Shown here piece by piece: positions 35,491-44,046 of a stretch of DNA of 49,367 nt. The notes under the pieces are model-generated. The model was given only the letters and a program-made list of their open reading frames with translations, had not been told where the DNA came from and ran no database searches. Origin of the DNA: an uncultured Rhodospirillaceae bacterium. GTDB taxonomy: Bacteria > Pseudomonadota > Alphaproteobacteria > UBA9219. Position 1 is the first letter of the stretch. Every line of letters starts with the position of its first letter. Both the position numbers and the translations under genes were made by a program. The stretch is taken from positions 1 to 49,367 of the forward strand of contig CAYVBP010000003.1 of NCBI GenBank assembly GCA_964449155.1, written 5' to 3'.

Positions 35491-36168
35491 ATGCGCGAAA
35501 TCGTTCTTGATACCGAAACCACGGGGTTGGATCCCCTAAAGGGCGACAGGATCGTCGAAATCGGTTGTGTCGAGCTTTACAACCATGTTTCGACGAACAA
35601 GACGTTCCATGTCTATTTGAATCCTGAACGCGACATGCCCTCCGAGGCGGCGATGGTTCACGGGCTGACGGACGAATTTTTGGCCGATAAGCCCCGTTTT
35701 GCCGAGAAGGTAGACGAATTTCTTACGTTTATCGGCGACTCGCCGCTTGTTATTCATAACGCGTCTTTCGATATGAACTTTATCAATGCCGAGCTGACGC
35801 GTTGCGGCTATAAAAGACTGCCGATGGAGCGTGCGACCGACACCATTGTAATCGCGCGGCGTATGTTTCCGGGGTCTCCGGCATCGCTCGATGCTTTGTG
35901 CAAGCGGTTCAACGTCGATGCGTCAAGCCGTTCCCTCCACGGCGCGCTTCTTGATGCTCAGCTGCTTGCGGAGGTTTATCTTGAATTGCGCGGGGGGCGT
36001 CAGCCCGGCCTTCAGATGCTTTCGCAAGAGACAGCCGTGGTCGATGAGTCCGTCGTTTGCGTTCGCGAACATCGCGTCGCCCGCGCGCACGCCGCCACGG
36101 ATGCCGAGATTGCTGCGCACGAGAAATTTTTGTCCCAGATTAAAGACCCGCTATGGAAACGCGTCTAG
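35491..36168 (+). CDS. dnaQ: DNA polymerase III epsilon subunit (3'-5' exonuclease)
   Basis: Exo I IVLDTETTGLDP, Exo II LVIHNASFDMNFI, Exo III HGALLDAQLLAEVYLEL. Confidence 0.9.
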   Translation: MREIVLDTETTGLDPLKGDRIVEIGCVELYNHVSTNKTFHVYLNPERDMPSEAAMVHGLTDEFLADKPRFAEKVDEFLTFIGDSPLVIHNASFDMNFINAELTRCGYKRLPMERATDTIVIARRMFPGSPASLDALCKRFNVDASSRSLHGALLDAQLLAEVYLELRGGRQPGLQMLSQETAVVDESVVCVREHRVARAHAATDAEIAAHEKFLSQIKDPLWKRV

Positions 36169-36599
36169 CCTCGAAAGCCGACGCCGGGCTTTTGGCTTCC
36201 TTGCATGCCGAAAGTTTCGGCGCTGCGCGGTGGGGCTTGGCTCAGATCGATTCCAGCCTTTCGCTCGATACGACTCTGGCCCCTGTCGCTTTGGGTGCCG
36301 GGAAGCCCTTAGGATTTGTTTTGCTTCAGATTGCGGGCGAGGATGCGGAAATTTTGACTTTTTGCGTCATTCCGGCTTCGCGCCGGAAGGGCGTCGGCTC
36401 TTTTTTGCTTAATGCCGTCGCGAAGCTTGCGGAAGCCAAAGGCGCGCGCTGTTTGTTCTTAGAGGTCGCAGCCGACAACGGCCCTGCAGTGGGGCTTTAT
36501 GAAAAGTTCGGGTTTAAGTCTATCGGCGTTCGCCCGGGATATTACGCCAGTGGGGCTGATGCCGTTTCGATGGCGTTTGACCTTCAAGCTAAAATTTAA
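36153..36599 (+). CDS. rimI: GNAT N-acetyltransferase, RimI-like
   Basis: ILTFCVIPASRRKGVGSFLL...LFLEVAADNGPAVGLYEKFGFKSIGVRPGYY. Overlaps the dnaQ 3' end by 16 nt. Confidence 0.7.
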   Translation: METRLASKADAGLLASLHAESFGAARWGLAQIDSSLSLDTTLAPVALGAGKPLGFVLLQIAGEDAEILTFCVIPASRRKGVGSFLLNAVAKLAEAKGARCLFLEVAADNGPAVGLYEKFGFKSIGVRPGYYASGADAVSMAFDLQAKI

Positions 36600-37431
36600 A
36601 CGCTTTGAGCGAAAGGTCGCAAGCGTTGCGGTTGAGAAATTTTTTCGCGGCCATGTCCGCAATATTTATAGCGCAGCAGATAAGCCAGTTTTTCAAGCCA
36701 AGGCTTCGAACGTTGTAGGCAAGTCTTTTAATCGCATAGAAATGGTCGCCACGGCGAATCCTTTCCATGCGCGAGCTCATGCCCTTGTCGAAACGACCCC
36801 CTTCGACGGAATCGATTGTGGAGGTTAAGACCCCTGCTTTTGCGGGCGGCGGAAGCACGCCGTACGTTTCCATCTCATGAAACCACGGACGCCGAAGGTC
36901 GTCGTCGAACGTCAGGCCCCGCACGCCGCGCGTAAGGAATTTTTTTGCGCCTGCAGGCGTTATAAGGTATGCGCCTGCGCTGTTTGGAATTCTAAAATAG
37001 CGCACAAGGACTCTGTCTGGGCTTAGTCGCGCAAGGGGCACAAAGGCTCGGCGCGAGGGGCTTGAAAGACGCAGGATGTCCCATCCTTTAGGCGCGACGC
37101 GGATCGCTTCGTTAATAACTTTCGCGCAGTCTTCAGCGATTTCAAGGTCGTCTTCCATAATCAAAACGGCGTAGCCCAAAGCGCTGCTTGCGACGCGTTG
37201 CAGGGCCAGTAAGTGACTCGCATAACAGCCAATTTCTCCTCGCTTCATTGTCGTTTTTGGCCTGTTTTCTTTGTCGAAGAAATAGCTTTTGACGGCGTCG
37301 GGGACGGCGTCGCCCAAGACTCCCGATTGACGGGTAAAGGCTATCTGGGCGCGAGCAAGCTGCTTTTCCATGTGCGCGCGCCGCTGCGTGTCTCGGTCGA
37401 GATTGAGCAAAAGGGCGGAAAATGTTTGCAT
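36589..37431 (-). CDS. Glycosyltransferase family 25 (LPS/LOS biosynthesis type)
   Basis: N-terminal LLLNLDRDTQRRAHMEKQL and GEIGCYASHLLAL motifs typical of GT25. Confidence 0.75.
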   Translation of the reverse strand: MQTFSALLLNLDRDTQRRAHMEKQLARAQIAFTRQSGVLGDAVPDAVKSYFFDKENRPKTTMKRGEIGCYASHLLALQRVASSALGYAVLIMEDDLEIAEDCAKVINEAIRVAPKGWDILRLSSPSRRAFVPLARLSPDRVLVRYFRIPNSAGAYLITPAGAKKFLTRGVRGLTFDDDLRRPWFHEMETYGVLPPPAKAGVLTSTIDSVEGGRFDKGMSSRMERIRRGDHFYAIKRLAYNVRSLGLKNWLICCAINIADMAAKKFLNRNACDLSLKAFKF

Positions 37432-37465
37432 CTAATCACCCGATTCTGGTCTTTTTCTTTCAGGC

Positions 37466-38170
37466 ATGGTAGCAATAGACTCTATGTCCGTCGCCGTCTA
37501 CCATCTTTACCATCATCCCCTTGATTCAGCCTCGCGATTCGTTCGCCTTGCTTTGGGGGAACGGAACGTCTCATGCGCGCTTGTGCATGAGAAGCCGTGG
37601 GATCCCAGCGCCGTTTTGCGTGCCCTTAATCCTGCTGCCGACGTGCCCGTTCTTGTCATCGAGCAGGACAGCGAAAAGCAGGTTCTTATCGAGGCGCAGG
37701 CCATTTGCGAATATATCGAGGAAACGCACACGGGAACGCTTCTTGGCAAAACGCCCATTGAGCGCGCTGAGGCTCGACGGCTTATCGGTTGGTTTAGCTG
37801 CAAAATGAACAAGGAAGTTACCGAGTGGATCGTTAACGAAAAGGTCATGAAGCGCCTGACGGGGGCTGGCGAACCCGACAGCACGATCATTCGTGCCGCT
37901 TGCGCAAATATTCGGGGCCATCTTGAATATATCGGCTGGCTGACCGAGAGAAGGAACTGGCTGGCGGGGGAGGCTTTGACATTGGCCGATCTTGCGGCCG
38001 GGGCTCAGTTGTCCATTGTCGATTATCTGGGGGACGTTCCGTGGAATGCGCATCCTTTTGCCAAGGAATGGTATGCCCGGCTGAAATCCAGACCGTCATT
38101 TCGCAGCATTTTAGGCGACCGGTTGCCCGGCTTCCCTCCGGCTTCTCATTACGCCAATTTGGATTTTTAA
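37466..38170 (+). CDS. Glutathione S-transferase family protein
   Basis: Thioredoxin-like N-domain (YHHPLDSASRFVRLALGE...VPVLV) and a helical C-domain (LTLADLAAGAQLS). The start may instead be ATG 37484. Confidence 0.75.
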   Translation: MVAIDSMSVAVYHLYHHPLDSASRFVRLALGERNVSCALVHEKPWDPSAVLRALNPAADVPVLVIEQDSEKQVLIEAQAICEYIEETHTGTLLGKTPIERAEARRLIGWFSCKMNKEVTEWIVNEKVMKRLTGAGEPDSTIIRAACANIRGHLEYIGWLTERRNWLAGEALTLADLAAGAQLSIVDYLGDVPWNAHPFAKEWYARLKSRPSFRSILGDRLPGFPPASHYANLDF

Positions 38171-38895
38171 CGAGATTCTGAAATGCGACCGGAAACCGGA
38201 AACGGTAAGGCTGAAACGGCTTCGGCGCGGCGGCCTCGGTCTGCGGACTCGGCCTTTGCTGCGCAGCAAACCCTTTTTTGCGCTTCAACGACCAAAACGC
38301 CGCCGAAAAAGAAAATTAGCCAAGGCGCAACAATTTCTATGCTGCGGGCAAGGGGATAATTTGTGCGCAATAATTTGGGCGGCGCATACAGGGCTTGGCC
38401 GATATTTTCTATGTAAAAATTGTTCTCAATCAATACCTTCCTGATTTGTTGCATCGTATAGGCCTTTTCGCTGCCAAAAGGCGAATCGGGCGCTTTGGCC
38501 CATGCGCTGCTTTGCCTTGGGACAATCATCAGCAGACGGCCTTCGCCTCTAAGGACCCTCCAAAATTCGCGGATCAGAGGGGCGAGATCGTCTATGCCCG
38601 GATGCAAGGAGATAAAGCTGTCAATGCTCGCATCGGAAAGGGGTTTGTTTGCGGAATCGACAAGGCAGGAAAAGTGTTTTTCCCCAAGGCCGGTCATTCG
38701 TGCGGAAATTCCGGGATCGTTCAGCAATATGTTGCCGCAGCCCAGTGTTGCCGTGCGCTCCGGCAGCGCATTTGTCCATGTGGGGCCAATGTTTGCGCGT
38801 AAAAGCTCTTGTATGGCGTGGCCTTGCGGCGTTCCATAAAATGCTGAGGCCGTAGGTTTTTGGCGCTCGCCATCCGACATCCGCGTTCTCTCCAT
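38167..38895 (-). CDS. Probable class I SAM-dependent methyltransferase
   Basis: ATLGCGN glycine-rich motif and EFWRVLRGEGRLLMIVP motif. Divergent from gloB. A weak call. Confidence 0.5.
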   Translation of the reverse strand: MERTRMSDGERQKPTASAFYGTPQGHAIQELLRANIGPTWTNALPERTATLGCGNILLNDPGISARMTGLGEKHFSCLVDSANKPLSDASIDSFISLHPGIDDLAPLIREFWRVLRGEGRLLMIVPRQSSAWAKAPDSPFGSEKAYTMQQIRKVLIENNFYIENIGQALYAPPKLLRTNYPLARSIEIVAPWLIFFFGGVLVVEAQKRVCCAAKAESADRGRRAEAVSALPFPVSGRISESR

Positions 38896-39000
38896 ATTTC
38901 GTTAACCCTCTTTTAGCATAAATAAGGGACAGTTAACAATCGTCGTTGGGAGCCGGGTTCGGCTGTGTCCGTCGGCGCGTTCTTTGTTGCGAGGTCAGGA

Positions 39001-39798
39001 ATGTCTTTTAAAATCGAAGTGTTGCCCGCCCTTAGCGACAACTATATTTCGATCATCAGCGATCGGGATCTAGGCTTGGCGATGGTTGTCGATCCGGGCG
39101 ACGGCGAACTTGTTTCAAAGGCCTTGAAAGAACGCGATTTATATTTGGCGCTTATCCTGAACACGCATCATCATCCCGACCATACGGGGGGCAATGAGCG
39201 CCTTCAGGAAGAATTTGGAGCGCCTGTCATCGGTCCAATTAAAGAGAAAGGCCTAATTCCGGGAATCTCTCGCGGCGTTGCGGATGGAGACCTTATTACT
39301 TTTTCGACCCTTCGGGGCAGGGTTCTTGCGACCTATGGGCATACCGATGGTCATATTTCCTATTATTTTCCTCAGATCAAGGCGTTGTTTTGCGGCGATG
39401 TTCTGTTTCCTCTTGGATGCGGTCGGGCCATTGAGGGCGATACGGCGCAGCTTTGGAATTCGCTGAGGATTCTGTCCGGCCTTCCCGATGAAACCCAGAT
39501 TTATTGCGGCCACGAGTACGGCGAGATCAACGCAAAGTTCGCGCTAATGGTCGATCCGGATAACGAGGCTCTAAAGGTGCGGGCGGCAGAGATAGCCGCT
39601 TTAAGAAAAGCCGGTAGGCCAACGGTTCCATCCGTTATGGAAATCGAGAAGCGTTGCAATCCCTTCTTGCGCACGGATCAGCCCGATTTACGCAAGGCGC
39701 TGGCAAAAGCCAAAATTGCGCCTGAAGACGCGGATCCTGCGGCGGTTTTTGGTCTTTTGCGTTCAACCAAGGATCATTTTGGGCAAAAACGCCTGTGA
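39001..39798 (+). CDS. gloB: Hydroxyacylglutathione hydrolase (glyoxalase II)
   Basis: LNTHHHPDHTGGN metallo-beta-lactamase motif, GHTDGHISYYF and CGHEY. Confidence 0.9.
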   Translation: MSFKIEVLPALSDNYISIISDRDLGLAMVVDPGDGELVSKALKERDLYLALILNTHHHPDHTGGNERLQEEFGAPVIGPIKEKGLIPGISRGVADGDLITFSTLRGRVLATYGHTDGHISYYFPQIKALFCGDVLFPLGCGRAIEGDTAQLWNSLRILSGLPDETQIYCGHEYGEINAKFALMVDPDNEALKVRAAEIAALRKAGRPTVPSVMEIEKRCNPFLRTDQPDLRKALAKAKIAPEDADPAAVFGLLRSTKDHFGQKRL

Positions 39799-39815
39799 TT
39801 TTTGGGGGGGGCGTT

Positions 39816-40304
39816 TTACACGGCGTTTTCGGCGTGGATTGCTTCTGTCCAGCGGCGCTCGAACTGGCGCAACGTTTGGAACGTCGTTTCAAGCGCGCAG
39901 GCATCGAACTCTTCGGCCATTGTGGCGTTGATTTTTGTCAGGATGCCAAGTATTTCGCGGCCTCTGTCTGAGAGCTTGATTCGCGCCAAGCGCCGGTCGC
40001 GCAAGGACGCTTGACGGTCGATGTATTTCCCGTCGATAAGGTCTTTAAGATTGTATGAGGCGTTCGAGCCTAGATAATATCCGCGTTCGATAAGGTCCCG
40101 GACGGATATTTCGTCGTTGCCGTTCGGGCCGCCGATTGTGCCAAGCATGACCGCTTGGACGGGACTAATGTCGAGGAAATTCTGTTTGGTAAGCTCGATC
40201 CGCACGAGGTCGAGATAGCGTCGGTGCATGCGCTCGATAAGCCGTGGCAGTTCCTGCGCCGCGTGGGTTTTAAAGGCGGCCAAAGAGGCGGATTTTTCTT
40301 CCAT
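39816..40304 (-). CDS. MarR-family transcriptional regulator (paralog of 3552-4019)
   Basis: ISVRDLIERGYYLGSNASYNLKDLIDGKYIDRQASLRDRRLARIKLSDRG parallels the first MarR gene. I prefer the start MEEKSASL (40304). Divergent from the TPR-SPOR lipoprotein gene. Confidence 0.75.
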   Translation of the reverse strand: MEEKSASLAAFKTHAAQELPRLIERMHRRYLDLVRIELTKQNFLDISPVQAVMLGTIGGPNGNDEISVRDLIERGYYLGSNASYNLKDLIDGKYIDRQASLRDRRLARIKLSDRGREILGILTKINATMAEEFDACALETTFQTLRQFERRWTEAIHAENAV

Positions 40305-40382
40305 AGACAAAGAGGATATCTTCAAGGAAAATAAGAATTGGTAAACAGAGTCTCCGCCTTCCATCGTTTTTCGAGGTTTCCC

Positions 40383-41144
40383 ATGCTTAATGCAAAACTT
40401 ACGCCTTTGTTCATTTGTCTAGGGCTTGCCGCATGTGCGTCTTCGCCGTCGCCTGAGGACGTATCCATGGCGCAAGCGCTTAGTGCGCAGGGTAAGACGC
40501 TTCTTGCCGAAGGCAAAAACGCTGAGGCCATGGATATTTATCTTAGCGCAACGTCGCGCGACGAAAACAATGCGCGAGCTTGGAACGGTCTTGGCGTTTC
40601 CTATGACTTGCTTGGAAAACGGGAGAAAGCCAGGCAGTCCTACGCCAAAGCACTTGAAATCGCGCCGCAAGATCCCGTTGCAAGCAATAACCTTGCGCAT
40701 TTATACGTAAGAATGGGAGATCCTGCCGCAGCCGTGCGGTTGCTCAAGCCGTTCGCCAACGACAAGACCGTGCCGCTTGCGCTCAAGCAAAATTTGCTAA
40801 AGGCGGAATTTGCTGAGAAAGAAAACCTGAACAAGGGCAAGGAGAAAATGGAAGAGGCTTTTAAAAAGACCGCTGCGGCACAGACGCAGGAAAACTCCGT
40901 GATTGAGTCTTATGCCGATCTCGGCGGCTTTCCGACGGAAGGCCTTGCGCAAAGCCATTTAGCCAGAGCCAAGAGCGTCATCAATGATGAGGATTATGCC
41001 TTTCACGTTATTCCCATAGTTAAAAAAGAAGGCGGAATCCCGACCTTTACGGTTCGCGCGACAGGAAATGATCTCGATGCCGTTTGCGATAGTCTTAAGG
41101 CCAAGAATCTGTCCTGCGTCATACGCGGAGACGAGAACAAGTAA
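40383..41144 (+). CDS. Lipoprotein with TPR repeats and a C-terminal SPOR-like domain
   Basis: Lipobox LGLAAC. TPR repeats (AWNGLGVSYDLLGKREKARQSYAKALEIAPQDP...). The C-terminal ~70 aa fit a SPOR pattern (YADLGGF...FTVRATGNDLDAVCDSLKAKNLSCVI). Confidence 0.7.
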   Translation: MLNAKLTPLFICLGLAACASSPSPEDVSMAQALSAQGKTLLAEGKNAEAMDIYLSATSRDENNARAWNGLGVSYDLLGKREKARQSYAKALEIAPQDPVASNNLAHLYVRMGDPAAAVRLLKPFANDKTVPLALKQNLLKAEFAEKENLNKGKEKMEEAFKKTAAAQTQENSVIESYADLGGFPTEGLAQSHLARAKSVINDEDYAFHVIPIVKKEGGIPTFTVRATGNDLDAVCDSLKAKNLSCVIRGDENK

Positions 41145-41166
41145 CGCATAACTGAAAGAACCCCTG

Positions 41167-42093
41167 ATGCTTAATTCTTCTGTGCCGCCCCATGCCGTTT
41201 CCCAAGACGATATTGTCAAGGACGTTACGGTGGCAACGTTTAAGGCCGATGTGGTCTCGGCGTCCGAAAAAGCCCTTGTGTTGGCCGTTTTTTGGACGTC
41301 GCGCGACAAGTCGGTCATGCAATTCGTGATGACGCTGGAAAAACTTGTGCGCGGCGCGAACGGCGCGATCCGGCTTGCAAAGATCGACGTGGATCGCAAC
41401 CCTGCCGTTGCCCAGCAGATGGGCGTTCAATCGGTTCCTTCCGTTTTTGCGTTTCACCAAAGCCGGCTTTTAGACGCTTTTGCGGGCGCGATGCCCGAGG
41501 CGCAGGTGAAAGCCTGGATCGACCAATATCTGAAAGCGCTCGGCGTTTCGGCGGTGTCGACGCAGGGCTTTGAGGATGTTTTTTCGCAGGCGGACGAGCT
41601 TCTTGCAAACGGGAACGCGTCTTCCGCACGCGCTCTTTTTGCCGATGTCCTTGCCGCAGAACCTGAGAACGCGAGGGCCTATGCCGGGTTCGTTCGCTGT
41701 ATTCTCGAAGAAGATGGGCCTTTGAAAGCGTGCGATGTCCTAGCCGCAGCTCCCATCGCGATTGTTAAGGATAAGGCGTTCGATTCCGTCCGCGCCGCTA
41801 TCGAGCTTGCGGAGTTGGCGGAAAAAAGCAAAGGAGATACGGGTGCGCTTGAGGGTGCTGTTGCGCAGAATCCCGGCGATCATAAATCCCGCTTCGACCT
41901 TGCGCTGGCGTACCATGCTATGGGCCGGGACGAGGATGCCGTTGAGAATCTTCTCGAAATCGTCCGCCGTGACAGGAAATGGAACGACGACGGTGCGCGC
42001 AAACAGCTGGTTAAGTTTTTCGACGCTTTTGGCGCGACAAATCCCATGACCGTTTCCGCGCGGCGACGGTTGTCTTCGATTCTGTTCTCATGA
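41167..42093 (+). CDS. YbbN/CnoX-like thioredoxin-fold + TPR co-chaperone lacking active-site cysteines
   Basis: Trx-fold N-domain (VLAVFWTSRDKSVMQFVMTLEKL ... VQSVPSVFAF) in which WCGPC is replaced by TSRDKSV. TPR-like C-terminal half. Confidence 0.75.
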   Translation: MLNSSVPPHAVSQDDIVKDVTVATFKADVVSASEKALVLAVFWTSRDKSVMQFVMTLEKLVRGANGAIRLAKIDVDRNPAVAQQMGVQSVPSVFAFHQSRLLDAFAGAMPEAQVKAWIDQYLKALGVSAVSTQGFEDVFSQADELLANGNASSARALFADVLAAEPENARAYAGFVRCILEEDGPLKACDVLAAAPIAIVKDKAFDSVRAAIELAELAEKSKGDTGALEGAVAQNPGDHKSRFDLALAYHAMGRDEDAVENLLEIVRRDRKWNDDGARKQLVKFFDAFGATNPMTVSARRRLSSILFS

Positions 42094-42761
42094 CCGCGCC
42101 GTCTCTTCTCTTTGCCCAGAATTTCCTTTCGGCGTTGCCCGAAGAGCTTCCTATTTTTCCTCTGTCCGGCGCTGTTTTGCTTCCTCGTTCGCGGCTGCCT
42201 TTGAACGTTTTCGAGGCGCGCTATCGGACGATGGTTGAGGATGCTTTGGGTCATGGGCGTTTGATTGGCATGATCCAGCCAAGCGTTGAGAACGAGGCCA
42301 AAGATCCGGCTCTTTATTCTGTGGGTTGCGCCGGGCGCATCACGTCGTTTACCGAGATCGATGACAGGCATTTCGTGATCGTTCTGTCGGGTTTTTGTCG
42401 TTTTAGGGTGATTGAGGAGTATCCTTTCGATCATCCCTACAGAAGGATCAGGCCTGAATGGACGCCCTTTTTGTCAGATCTGGGCGACGACGGCGCGGGC
42501 GCTTTCGATCGAGAGCGGTTGGTCGAGCTTATGCGCGTATATTTTAAGAAAAACGGCATTTCCGTCGATTGGAACGCCGTTCGCGCCGCGCCGGACGACG
42601 TTCTTTTGCCCACGGTCATCATGATCTGTCCTTTGCCGCCGAACGAAAAGCAGGCGCTGCTTGAGGCCGAGGGATATGCCGCACGCGCCTCAATGTTGAT
42701 GGCGCTTTTGGAAATGGCGACGATGCCTCAATCTGAAAACGAAACCGAGGTCAGGCATTGA
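42090..42761 (+). CDS. LON substrate-binding (N-terminal) domain protein
   Basis: LPIFPLSGAVLLPRSRLPLNVFEARYRTMV is the typical Lon N-domain start. ATGA overlap with the upstream gene. Confidence 0.8.
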   Translation: MTAPSLLFAQNFLSALPEELPIFPLSGAVLLPRSRLPLNVFEARYRTMVEDALGHGRLIGMIQPSVENEAKDPALYSVGCAGRITSFTEIDDRHFVIVLSGFCRFRVIEEYPFDHPYRRIRPEWTPFLSDLGDDGAGAFDRERLVELMRVYFKKNGISVDWNAVRAAPDDVLLPTVIMICPLPPNEKQALLEAEGYAARASMLMALLEMATMPQSENETEVRH

Positions 42762-42804
42762 CGCTTGAGCCGTATTTGTTCTGTTTTCATCGCGTCGCTT
42801 GTAA

Positions 42805-44046
42805 TCAGAGGGATTGGTAAAGGGCTGCGATTTCTTCGGCTAGTCTTAAGGCTGCGGCGCTTTTGCTTGTGGTTTTTGTTTGTTCGGGTGGGGCGTTTGG
42901 TTTGATGAATATAATTTGGTTCTCGGTCTTGTCGTAAGCGGCTTCGTGGCCGACAAGGTTGGCGCAGATTATGTCTGCGCCTTTGGCCGCGAGTTTTCCT
43001 TGCGCATAGGCGACGATTTTCTTTGGGTCTGTTTCGGCGGCGAAGCCGATGACGAGCGCGGGACGTCGTAATGAGCCTTTTCCGATTGTTTCGAGAATAT
43101 CCGGATTTTGGGTCAGTGCGAGCGCGTGCGTTTCGTTTTCTGCAATCCTTAGCTTCTCGGGGCTTGCGCATCCGAAGTCCGCGACTGCCGCAACGCCGAT
43201 AAAAACGTCGGCGGGCAGGGTGTTTTTGCAGGCCGCAAGCATCGATTTGGCCGTCGTTGTTTGTACAATTTCGATGTTTTCTTCCTTTGGCGGAAGAAGC
43301 GCCGATGGACCGGCGATATATGTAACTTTTGCGCCCATCGCGGCAAGGGCGCGCGCGATCTCGCGGCCTTGCAGGCCTGTCGAGAAGTTCGTAATGACGT
43401 CGCCTGATGGTGTAAGCGGTTCCTCGGTCGGGCCGCTTGTGACAACGATTTTTTTGCCCGCTAGTTTATGCGAGGAAGACATTGGCGGTTCGAAGATGGG
43501 GGCGGAAATTTCGGGGCGAAAAACGGGAGGATGCGCGAGGATATCGGCAATCGCGTTTGGCAGCGAGCCGATGGAGAACGTTTTTTGCCGGACGTCATAG
43601 CCCCATGCCGGGATTCCCCAGCTTTTCGCGCGCGCGGCGATATCGATGTTTCCGGTGACCTCCAGCGAGATGGCGCTTCCGGCTGCGGCTTTGATTTTCA
43701 GTTTGTGCGCCGTCCGCGCGGCGGGCCTTATCGAGGCGGGTGAGGCAAAGCATAAGACGACATCGCAGGCGTTCTTATGAATGTGGGCGGCGACGGCATC
43801 CATCAGATCTTGGGCGGAGACAAGGGGGCGTCCGTCTTCAAAGCGGGCGATGGCCGAGATTCCGGAAAAACCGGATGGCGCGAAAACTGTAACCTTAGCG
43901 CCTCTCGCTGCGAGAAGCGCTGCGGCAGCGCAGCCGTCGTTTTCGGGGCGTTTGCGGTTGGCATAGTGGCGGACGCCGTCGATATCTTCGCGCGGATGTC
44001 CGACGGTAAGGACAATGTGCGCGGTTTTCAGATCTTGCGCCGTCAT
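42805..44046 (-). CDS. Tandem CoaB-like protein: degenerate half-CoaB (aa ~8-140) + full phosphopantothenoylcysteine synthetase domain (aa ~196-413)
   Basis: The second domain aligns well to E. coli Dfp CoaB (KKIVVTSGPTEEPL...ITNFSTGLQG, GAKVTYIAGP, GVAAVADF, NPDIL, GFAAET, IICAN). The first domain reads VLTVGHPREDIDGVRHYANRKRPENDG...GAKVTVFAPS...AHKLKIK...GNIDI. Confidence 0.75.
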   Translation of the reverse strand: MTAQDLKTAHIVLTVGHPREDIDGVRHYANRKRPENDGCAAAALLAARGAKVTVFAPSGFSGISAIARFEDGRPLVSAQDLMDAVAAHIHKNACDVVLCFASPASIRPAARTAHKLKIKAAAGSAISLEVTGNIDIAARAKSWGIPAWGYDVRQKTFSIGSLPNAIADILAHPPVFRPEISAPIFEPPMSSSHKLAGKKIVVTSGPTEEPLTPSGDVITNFSTGLQGREIARALAAMGAKVTYIAGPSALLPPKEENIEIVQTTTAKSMLAACKNTLPADVFIGVAAVADFGCASPEKLRIAENETHALALTQNPDILETIGKGSLRRPALVIGFAAETDPKKIVAYAQGKLAAKGADIICANLVGHEAAYDKTENQIIFIKPNAPPEQTKTTSKSAAALRLAEEIAALYQSL

